From assembly GCA_030141605.1 (NCBI GenBank), contig JAQGDQ010000320.1, positions 186,001-250,000 on the forward strand: a DNA stretch of 64,000 nt. The letters are read 5' to 3'. Made by a program: the position numbers and the translations under genes. Under the pieces are notes generated by a model. The model ran no database searches and was not told the DNA's origin. It was given only the letters and a program-made list of their open reading frames with translations. Shown here one piece after another: positions 50,001 through 60,778 of this stretch (positions within the stretch are counted from its first letter, which is position 1; the number at the start of each line of letters is the position of its first letter). This DNA comes from Tubiluchus corallicola (taxonomy: Eukaryota > Animalia > Priapulida).

Positions 50001-50757
50001 TTATACAGCAAGTTACTTGACGGCATTTCTGTTGTGGCAATAGTGCCAGCAACAGGTGATACGGTATACTCCTCCTGTGAACTATAGTAGGATGCTAGTT
50101 TAGGATGGTCTATGGCTGCTCTTGCTGCAGAAGCAGGCAAAATTCGTATTTTCATTCCACTTCTTGCAAGGTACTGATCTAAGCCGAACATGATCATCTT
50201 CATCGTCGGTTCACTGTCTGCGCACGTTTTCTTTGCAGAGGCAATGAACTTTTGCAGCAACATTGCAATGTCATTAGAATTAACTGTTGCAATATCAATG
50301 CAGCTAAATCGCTCGGTGTTTGTGCACCAATTTCGCCATTCCGTAACTGCATATTTAATAATTCTGTCAATGTCGCTGGTTGTACATGTACAGTCTGAAC
50401 AAGGCATGCATAGATTCATAGGATTTTTGCACGTACTTGCTATAGATGAAACATTCAACTTACTATTTGAAAAATTAACGCTCCAGTCATCGTTGGGACT
50501 GTTTGTGTCAAGCGTATTATCTGGGGTAACCACTTCCCTTTTCACAACAGGTAATTCGTCGTGAAAACTGGAAAAATTTCGTGCATTATTGTACCTGGAG
50601 TCATCTGTATTGAGACCGTTCTCGTAAGGTAGAGTCTTAGTACTGCTGCTACCATCACTGGAAACTTCCAGACTGTCATTGGCTTGATTATTTTCAGGTG
50701 AAATGCTTTCACTCACACGTGGTAAGGTAGGAACAGCAGGAGAGCAGCAGTAAGACA
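47006..50757 (-). CDS. Distal terminal exon: QRICH1/ZMYM/KCTD1-like DUF3504 (Crypton tyrosine-recombinase-derived) domain plus a long disordered region
   Basis: Acceptor ttttcctttcctctag, phase 1; 3752-nt open frame. Motifs KYAVTEWRNWC, IAMLLQKFIASAKK, IMFGLDQYL, ENKAHPQLCPYRLLYLYL, PFYLR, IGCQTLNQIL and ISNQCPR follow DUF3504/Crypton order. AATAAA (minus) at 46908-46913. Confidence 0.8.
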
Positions 50758-51679
50758 CTAGAGGAAAGGAAAATGGGAAAATTATAGGTTTAGATTGAAA
50801 GGAAACATGCATTTGCTAGAGGGACAAAAGCAAATAATGCATGGTAATTCAATCATAATGACACACAACACGTGTTTCTTACACAATTCAGCAGAGTTAA
50901 GTATTATCTAATTAGATTTACTTGTAATTTTAATGTACAGATCACGCAAATTTTAGATGTAAAATTGATTTCTTGAGCTGAAAAAAATAGTTTGCAAACT
51001 AGACAACAGACATGATAATGAAACAATTTATTATTAATAGTGAGAATTAATGACCAGCATGTTCGATGTGCATATTTTTGTTACGGATTACAGCAAGGTC
51101 ATTAGAAGAACACATTAATTTTGTTGCAACATGTTTCAATGGACACTAATCACTAATAAGCTATAAGCTCTACAGGCAGATTAGTCACCATCACTAGAAA
51201 ATATCTCGTCGGTTTAAAAATGGAAATCACGTTAAGTATTCTAGGTGCAAGTATACACTGTACGCAAACTCCTAATTTGAAATTCAAATGCTACGTAGTG
51301 TAGAATAACACGATGTTAACAATGGAAAGCATATTTCATAGGTCAGGGCAGGTACCAAAATAAATCAGTGACAGTGTAACAAACAATGAAGGATGATTCA
51401 CAGGCTGAAATAAATAATAAGATTCGCAGAGAGAGAGACCAACTTGGCAATAAATTGTACAGCTTTTTCATGAAGAAACATAAAGAATGAATGGATCAGA
51501 TCTGTTGGCAGGAAGACTGATAAGTAACAAATGAAATGCCTAAAGCAAAACAGAAAACAGCATTAAATGCCAAAAACTAAAAACAAAGACACATGGAAGA
51601 GATATTAGCCAGACAATAATCATAGACAAACAGAAACCCTGATGGACAAAATGTTTAGTATATCACAGGCAATATGACT

Positions 51680-53124
51680 TTACATATCAAGCTGCATTAT
51701 TCCCAAATCATCGCTAGCATCGACGAAGGCATGATGTCGTTCCAGCTTTTGCTTTAAATTGAATCTGACTTTGCGAATATGACTGTCCATAGCGGTCTTG
51801 CACAGCTTCCACTCCGCGTTTTCGTCTCCACCGTGTTGCAATGGATACTTTTCGAATACCTCTTCTCGAATTGCAGCCTGCACGGACGGGTTAATTCTTC
51901 GATATCGACCTTTGCCCGTAAGATTTGCGGTGAGAAGCAGCTCGTTGCTTCTCTTAAAGATCAAGTTAAGAAGAGTACGCGCATAGTGTGCTCTTGTGCC
52001 GTTATGTTTACTTAGAGCCATGTCTGCAACACTTTCGTGAATTGTGGAAGGAAAAAATATCTTTTCTGACCCATCGGAGTTATATAGTTCTTCGGGATCG
52101 ATCACAAGTGGAGTGTCAACAGGAATGATGGGTGTGCTTGTCAACGCTTCACACTTTCGTACAACAGCTGTACCAGCCGCCCATCCTGGTTCAAAAGTAC
52201 GATCGTGAGCGCCTGTGTCCTCTCCCTCGTCATAACGATGCGACTGCGATGCATCGAAGACTTCGTCTTTGATATTAACTTTTTGATTTGGCAGATACTC
52301 CAGACTGTGAACAGGGAATGATTCTACCGAACAAGGACTCTTTGGTGACGTTGGAGCACTAACTGGGTATCCCAATTCAGAATTATCGGCCGCAGCTGAT
52401 AAGTTGAGGTTGGTCATTCGATGCGAATTTGTGCAGGTTTCATTAGCTTGTGATGTAGGATGCGCAAAAGTCATCTGTGCACGACTAAAATTCTGCTGCT
52501 CTGCTTTGCTCATAGATAAGTTTATTGGCTGAGGTAAATTTGAATGTAAATTTGATACATTTGCAATGTGTGTTTCAGAAAAATTTTTCACAGCAATGAC
52601 TGATATTTCATCGTCTTTTGATTCCTGCAAATCATAATTTGCTTTCATATATTTTGACATTGGCACTAATGACTCAGTAAGAGTTTCATTTGCACAATTC
52701 TTAGAATCAGACTTATTTACACAATTTTCTGCTACTGTCCTGTTTGGTTTGAAAATGTATTTCAACTTTCTTTTTCTAGACTTTGGTACTGGACTGTAGC
52801 TTTTAATAATTTCAATCAACTGTTCTAACTTAACACGGAGTGGTTCTAGAGCAAGAGTCATGGCATTTGTTATCGTTTCTTCCAGAGCAATATTATTTTC
52901 CGACTTGACACGATCCGTGCATTGTCCAGGTATTTTCTCCATTTCAGCATACAATTCCTTCTCCAAATGAGGAGACTTGGTCGTACCACGCTTAATTTTA
53001 AAATCAACGGGCAGTCGAGTGTTATTCAAATGCAGGCTTTGACTTGTTGTCGTACTCGAACTTTTGTTCACAATGGAACAGCAACGCTGCATCTCTAACT
53101 TTTTGCTGCAGGAGCACACGGATT
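51680..53124 (-). CDS. Proximal terminal exon: BEN-domain protein C-terminus
   Basis: Acceptor ctacatttcag, phase 1. C-terminal HYARTLLNLIFKRSNELLLTANLTGKGRYRRINPSVQAAIREEVFEKYP...EWKLCKTAMDSHIRK fits the BEN pattern. Own stop codon; AATAAA (minus) at 51027-51032. Confidence 0.85.
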
Positions 53125-53817
53125 CTGAAATGTAGGTAGTAGCAAGTTAAAGGTTCAAAAAGTGCTACAAAAATGGGTGTCTGAGATTCAAGAAAGCCGA
53201 TCATAAACCATTCAGACAAGTGAGAGAAATCCAGGACACTTACTAAGCTCCATTATAAAAACAAGTACTTTATTTAGAACTTTGTTCCCTACTTGGCAAC
53301 ACATTGGCAAAATGTGAAATCTTGACACCTGATAAAAAATAATGGCACACAAATCCAATCGGATTGTGCCCATATTACACCAAACCGTAATACCTGAGCA
53401 GAAATACTGTGAGCGCTTAGTTTTAGTATAGAAAAAGCACAGCTCGGGTTTTTAACTGATAAGCACTACGATGGAAGGGGCACCAAAAAAGCTGATCCTT
53501 TAAGCAGTTAAACCTTTGAAGGGAAGAAGTTTACACAATCTTTTGATTAAAAACCTTGATACGTCTTTGTCTGACAACAACTGACACAGCTTATATAGGC
53601 TGCCTCGTTCCTGGCATGGAAACGGCCCAAAACGTGCTCAAAAGCATACCAAAACATTGAAAACAACAATCTATATACAGTTCTTGACAAGTGTTGCAGC
53701 TTATTGAAAAACTATAAAGAAAATTTTAAAATAGGGTAAAATTTACAAAACTGTCATGTTGTTGGTATCATGCACAACTTTTAAAAAATGAGAATGTAAA
53801 AAAGTTGTTAAACTTAC

Positions 53818-54007
53818 TATATTCTGGTTTTTCCAAATCAACTTCAGTTTTCTCTTTGGTGTGGCATTCCTCTGCTTGCTGTGGACTTCTGTATGTTGAC
53901 ATCGGGCTGCTGTCAGCTAACTGAGGGCTGCAAACTTGTTGTTTCGGTGCCTCAGAAACCGCTGTGTTCAACGGTGACGACAGAGATGCCCGATGTGACT
54001 TTGTATG
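53818..54007 (-). CDS. Common coding exon 3 of the C2H2/BEN/DUF3504 gene
   Basis: tttctag acceptor (phase 0); HTKSHRASLSSPLNTAVSEAPKQQVCSPQ...DLEKPEY then A|gtaagt (phase 1). Confidence 0.8.
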
Positions 54008-54164
54008 CTAGAAATTTAATTTTACAACACCTTATTTATAATAATAGTTGCATTTCATGGTCCCGTTTTGCAACTTCCCGACTGCCAAAGAACTTTTGTT
54101 CACTTGAACAAAGAAGGTTTGAACTCTTTCAAGTCTATTTGGGAATCTGCGATAAACTCTAAAC

Positions 54165-54647
54165 CAGGGGTGTGCAAATTATCTGACTAGCCGGGCCACA
54201 TTAAACTTTCCCGCAATTCCTGCGGGCCACAGGCAGTTTGATCAAGGAGCCAAGTACAGAAATGCCTAATAACGATTTTTTTGCATCTGACCTGCGTACA
54301 TCATTACTACTACACTCAAGAAACTATTTTAGAAGTTATTAAAATTTATATTACAAACCATATATTTCTACTTTCAGGACAGATAGTGGTAATTTCATTA
54401 CAATGCATATTAGTAATGTGTATCACACAGTCTGTGTAGTACAGTGACATTAAGCTACAACCGTCTTGTAACGGTTAATGGCATCCGATCTAGTAGAAAA
54501 AACTACCCACACTATCTTTGAGATCGTGGCACGGACTTCACCTGGATACACTCAATTAATCGCCCGGGGCCGCACTTTCATTAGGTTGACAAATCTCTTC
54601 GTGGGCCGCACAAATTCTCTCGGCGGGCCGCAATTTGCACACCCCCG
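54165..54647. mobile_element. hAT (Charlie/Buster-like) MITE, copy 3 (inverted orientation)
   Basis: Reverse complement of the 7841/21760 family; perfect 8-bp TSD CTCTAAAC. Confidence 0.92.
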
Positions 54648-55031
54648 CTCTAAACCTATTACTCTTTTAGTTCCTATCACATCATTTACGTCTGAAATTT
54701 TGCTGATTTTTTTTTTATATTTTCTATGACGGGCAAATTAAATCGAAAATGCTCAACATTTCAGCTGCTTATGCTCATCATAGTTATAACACCAAGCTAC
54801 AAGACAGGTCTACAGCCAAGTTTATAAAACCACTATCGAGGCCTCATTTCATCAAGCAAGTGCATCAAGATACTGGGACATCAAAAAGTTCATCTTCACC
54901 ATTTTTGCGTTTTTCTGACATTTACGCGATTCTCGCTACGTTTTGCATCACGGAACAACATATAGAAACAAAAGTATGGCTATATAAACCGTGGATTTTC
55001 ACATAAGTTACAAACGAATTGAGCAAAATAC

Positions 55032-55188
55032 CTTTACATGAGTGGACAAATGCTGTTGTATTCCAGAAAGCGTCATGAACAAGGGTCCGGTACACATGTG
55101 ACACTTGAACATATTTATTTCTTCTCCAGTGTCAATGCTGCTTCCCTTTAGAGCTGTCACCACCGGTGTTTCTTTCATTACATTAAAC
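55032..55188 (-). CDS. Common coding exon 2 with a C2H2 zinc finger
   Basis: catag / gtattt, phase 2 in and phase 0 out; FKCHMCTGPLFMTLSGIQQHLSTH (C-x2-C-x13-H-x3-H). Confidence 0.78.
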
Positions 55189-55752
55189 CTATGCATCACC
55201 AATTATCGTTACAGAACTTATCATAGTGTTGCCATAATGTTACAACAAGCTACTGTACAGAACAAGAATCAGATAGGCAAAAGCAGATGACATATTGAAT
55301 CGGAGTAAGAAACGGAAGTTGCATTCACTTCATCTATCACTTGTTCTCTTATTAAATTGTTATAGACTAAAGCTTTTAAATTATACATTAAACTTTCATA
55401 ACAAAGACTGCCAATTGCAAGGCTAGTTGCACATTTTATAAGCTAACTGTCACCAATTTACAAGCAGAAATCTTAGGCCTGATGTGGGCTTTGACCACTG
55501 GAACTGATTACAAATGACTCCACTTGAATACAGTCAAATTGCTATGAACAGCATCTTTTTATTACAGTTCAACTTCGTCATGATGCCCCCCCTCCCCCCT
55601 CTCCAACCTTGCTCAACACCCAGATTTTCAGCAAAACAAAATATCTATATTTGCTTAAATATGTATGTACTAATGCATCTCGTTATAATGTCAAAGTCTC
55701 CATAATGCCAACTTCTTTGCAGTCCTCAAGTAGGCAGTATAAAGAGATTTGA

Positions 55753-56132
55753 CAGTACATTCATATCTCGGTTTGCTAGACAAGTGCTGGGAGACATCGG
55801 TCCAAATTTGTCGATTGTCCGTATTTATCGATACTAAACTAATACAGTAGGCGTGTATTTGACTCATGGTAATGTAAAATCAATTGCCTAATTGTCTCAG
55901 AAACGTCTAGTATGGGCCGCTCCTGATATACAAACTACACATGTGTCATTACACGCTGTTTGGTTGCACTGGTGTAATGATGTAAACAAAATGACGGCCC
56001 GTCAACTATCGGTCAGCTCTTGAAACAACGGACTGTGTCCGTAGTATGCAGGACTTTTAATGGTCCCAGATTTTGTCCAATATTTCTAATATCTGTAAAA
56101 GCGACCTCCAGCAAACCGAGATATGAGTGTAC
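55753..56132. mobile_element. Degenerate TIR MITE
   Basis: GTACATTCATATCTCGGTTTGCT / AGCAAACCGAGATATGAGTGTAC inverted ends. Confidence 0.65.
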
Positions 56133-56217
56133 ATCAATGTTCGTATCCTAGTGACTCCATTATAATACTAAGCAGTAACGGGATAGATACCTTATGTCTG
56201 TTATCTATAAAACTTAC

Positions 56218-56408
56218 CTTACAGAATATGCTAGCGGACAATCATTAATAGACAACTCATGCCGACTGACCAACTCTTCATTTGTAGGCGTAGTTTCGTC
56301 TTTGGTAAAAGTGCCCTCGCACACGTCACTTGAATTGCATTCGTCACTGTTACACTTGGACGTTTCGTCTGCACTAGACTGACTAGACAAATGATTTTGA
56401 ACTTCCAT
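56218..56408 (-). CDS. Common coding exon 1 (start codon) of the C2H2/BEN/DUF3504 gene
   Basis: Exon acceptor ttttttcag at 56462; caaATGG with an in-frame stop upstream; MEVQNHLSSQ...CPLAYSV then AG|gtaagt (phase 2). Confidence 0.72.
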
Positions 56409-57940
56409 TTGGTGTACTGGCAGTTAAATCAGATGGTAGAAACGAGTCACATTCATTATTCCTGAAAAAAATCATACATATCAAGACTAGACCTTAGAAG
56501 CTGAAATAACCAAATTTTACATCATCAAGTATTCTAAAAGTTCTCTAAGTTTTATATAACGGGAATGTGTATCATATTAAATGGAAGTCTACATCATATG
56601 TATTTTAGCAAAATGTGCCTGGCCAAATACTTTTGACATAATTGTAAGTAAATTATTCTTACCAAGTTAAAAAAGACAGTTGTACAAAAATTATTTTTTT
56701 ACTAAGAATTAAACCAGTCTTACTTATATGCAGCAAAAAGAGCCCAAGACACAAATTCCAACAACTTCAAATTTGCTAAAAGCAAGAGGAGATCAAACTA
56801 GTAGAGATGACAAGACAACACTGCAGCAGACAAATGCTAAAACAATTAGTCAATGGAAGTCGTGTACGTGTACAACCTACAGATGGAATAATTTCTGAAC
56901 AGCAAAAAGTGAATACCATATTATATTATGACACATGAAGTGATAACTTTTCAAATGCTAGGAAGAAATGGGCAGTGGAGGCGACAAAATCTCTGATATA
57001 CAGAAATAGACAACCACATCAAAAAAATCACAACCTTACCACAGCAGCACCGAAAGTTTAAAACCGCACAATAATATACTCACCTTTGCCGAATCAACGA
57101 ATGAGAAGAAAAACATGAAAAATGACAAACAAACAACCGTAAACATCATAAGATACGGAAGAGCCATTAAGTCTCCTAACAATTAGACTTGTAAGTTTTA
57201 ATTAACCTGTTTGCCTAGTGCATCATCCAAGTTTCATCCAATTCCTACTTACATGGCTATCAAAAATTCATGTTTCATGTTTCAAATATGAAAATTGCTA
57301 CATGTTTCGATATGCTGTTGGACTGGGTGGTAACTTTGTGGTACTTTTATTTGTTTTTAATTATGTGAAACGTTGTTACTGAAAATAATTTTGTGGATCT
57401 AAAGAAAAGCTTCTGAAAGTCCTAATTGCAGCTGAAAAGATTAGCATTTCTTGCAAGAACTACATTTTATTTTTCCACTATAAATAAAGGCAAAAAATGT
57501 CATGACGTAATTATTACAGCATGAGAAAATGAAATGATGGCAAGTTACACAAAAGATTCTACAGTGTACACATTATGGGTTAATATGATCTAAAATCATT
57601 CCTGTAAACAAAATTGAGTTTTACTTCTACTAGCACATTACTCGAACATTATTTTAATATCATTTGAACTTAACATAACTAGTGTGTGCACAAGCAGGAA
57701 AGCAAGCATGTATACCTTCACGCATGATGACTATTTTCAGAGTCCTGATGGTCTTCCAGGAACAGCTTTTAAAACCTACTGACATGTAAAACAAGTTTGG
57801 GTCTATTCACCGATTATTCAATGTTATCTAATTACTGTGAAAAGACAGTTAAAATAATAGCCTGTAAGACGACTTCATTATCCAAAGTCACTGAAACAGA
57901 TAATAGATAAATGGTTTTAGTTCAGTATGTAATTACTGGG

Positions 57941-58110
57941 ATCAAATCAAGCGCGATATTGTGTCTCCTCTTGGGCTCGACCGCCGCCACCAAGTTTCCG
58001 ATGATCTCACAGAGCTGCTGTCGCACTGCGAGGACCGGAAGCAGTGGCGTGCAATGGCTCGGGATGCTACCTGTGCAGGCCTGCCTCCAACTGGAAGGGG
58101 CAGCATGTAA
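57941..58110 (+). mobile_element. 3'-terminal fragment of the same RTE-like LINE as 22830-23420
   Basis: atcaaatcaagcgcgatattg...caagtttccgatgatc...gcgaggaccggaagcag...cctgcctcca aligns with 23258-23400. Confidence 0.8.
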
Positions 58111-59802
58111 CTCTGTCAGCCTGCAAAAATGCTTGTACATTTACGTGCACCTCTTCAGGTATCAATTCTGGGCTGATGCTCTCTTCTAGAAAGAAATAAT
58201 GACGTTCATGACGTCATCCCTTATGCTTTTACGTCGCAGATTCAATAAAATTGTTCTCCTCTAACGATCTTAAACTTTTCCTGCACACGTTAAGACACAA
58301 CCTTGCATTTGATCTTGACTGGCTCATGCTGTATAAAATGTCTTATCATTATTTCTAAAAACTGTAAAGATTAAAATCGTTACTCTTCTGCTAATTTACC
58401 TAAAATTACTCCGCTGTTCTAAAAATAAAAATCCCCAAAGCTTAGATTTTTACAAAGAAAACATAATGAAACCTCTCCGCTCTTACAGGGAAATTCTGAA
58501 AATTGTTGAAAAAGCACTTACTTGTTCACAGACGCTCGAATTCAATTCGACCCTATGTTTATTTTACCAGTCTTCACTTTTCAGATTACACCACAGAATT
58601 ACAAGGTGTCACATGGATTGGACATGTTGTAACATAAGTAGCTAAAAATAATAATATTAATAATAACAATAATATTTTTATCTTTATTTAATGTTAACAT
58701 TTGCGAAACAATTTATATTATGATGAAAATAAACTTTTTTATGCCAACATGCGTAAAATGCAGATGCCCCATTACCCATTACACATACCATCTGGTCCTG
58801 ACCTTTTGCTGGAGGGAGTGGGACAAGGATAATGAGTAATAGTTATTAGGGTGTAGTGTAGAATAATGTAGTTTACCACGAGACTGCTCAATTAATTAAG
58901 AATCTATTATCTGACTCTCAAGTCTCAATATTGATAGTGGAAGCCTCATGTGCTCGCACAGCCTATAGTCTTGAGGAAAGACCCGAAGAGATTAGGACCT
59001 TGCAGATGGTTCCAAGCTTGTGTGCAGAATATTGATCTATACAGCAATGCTTGGATAATTTTAGTAACATTTTTGTGAAGATCACGTGACCTTATCAGGC
59101 AAAATTTTTAGCTGATGAAAAATCTAACACGCATAGAATCATGTTAGATTCTAGTTTATGCAGTCTAGCCACTGTAGCAACTCAAGACGATTACCATTTG
59201 TATACAGATCTATTGCAAAGTGTAATGCAAATGATTAGTTCTTGTATTCAGAACACTAAGATGAGATCGAGATGTTAGAGCACTATAATGTTATACTTAA
59301 CGGTTTGATGTTAACAATCTTGTGTTATTATGATTGTAATGGTATGTCTTCATGTAATTGTACGTTAGTCTTCATCTTTTTCTGCCTGGTTACCCTGATG
59401 CACAAAGGTCCCACCGTCCAGACAGTGAATTGAACCGATTGTGCGAAGATGCGCCACATTTCCGTTTTAGGCTTAGGCATGATTGAAAAAAAAACGTGAA
59501 ACCATTGCGAAATAAGTTGCACGTACTCGTATTATAATTGTAATAGCGTCATTTCTTCGTACGTCTGAACTTCACGGGTTTGTCACCATTCTTAACTGCT
59601 TTCTGATGTTCAATGTAATTTAGTTATTTCACTAACATCTTTCTTAGAACTGCAAGGGAACAGGATGGTAAAACCAATAGATCAGCTATCGCCAGCAGGC
59701 GTTTTGGTTTGCGAGCACTACGTGGGGACGTTCGCGTTTGCTTAACATATACTGCGTAACGTAGCTTGTACCATTTTGCTGTGTCCTGCGCAGTGCCTTA
59801 AT

Positions 59803-60778
59803 TAGGCGCTATTACACTCGCACCTCCTAGTTTTTTCTAGGTTATTACTTGTTTCTAAGCTCGTAGGTCGTTATGCTATTATTCTCACGTCATCAGTGAA
59901 TGTTTCCGCTAATCTCGTGGTAATTTACTCATATATTTAGTGTATGATTACCAATAATTATTGTATTCACAGTTCTACACTATACAGTTCGTATCGACAT
60001 TATGTTTGTGTGTGTAGTCACGTGACGAATTTCGTACTAGTTTATGCATTATCAGGGCTTAGCTTAAAACGCACGTGACACACTTTTATCTTAACCGCAT
60101 TTACGAAATAAAGAAAAAACCTTTGCTTTTATAATCTAATAATACTACAGTAATAAACAAAAATTAATGATAAATAACTGTAGTCGTCTAAAATAATTTC
60201 CTCGTATATGCCAGCTTGGATCTGACTATACAGTGAAGAAGAAACAAAAAATTTGGGAAGTCTTTTGAAGAAAAGACAATAATAATAATAATTGCATTTT
60301 AGTTTTATATACTCATTATCACCACCATTATTGCAGTGTTATTTTTATCGTTATCGTCATCACTACCACTATTCTGATGCCATCGAAACAGCAAAGATGC
60401 CGCGATAAATATTTTACATTAATATTTTTGAAATAGCGAGGGAACTCTGTAATACGATACAAACTCCATTGGCTGCAACCATAATAATCATAAATTATGC
60501 AAAGAAACTAAAAATACAGGTTAAGTGCCACTACGTCACTGCGCGAGAGCGATTGCGCATGAGTGGTGTAAACACAGTTATGCACGTGGAGCTTCTTGCG
60601 TGTTGGTGATGGTAAGTAATGTATGACTTTAATCTGGAATTGTAACTCATAAAAACCAATAATATTATGGGAATATGGTGTATATTACGCCTGTTGGGCT
60701 GCTTTTCGGCCTGCAGGCATGAAAACAAACAATAGGCCTGAAAAAACTAGAAGGTGCGAAAGTGTAACAGTGCCCCTT
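59803..60778. mobile_element. Old TIR element
   Basis: ttacactcgcacctcctagttttttctagg is inverted relative to cctgaaaaaactagaaggtgcgaaagtgtaa; TAATTA on both flanks. Confidence 0.5.
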
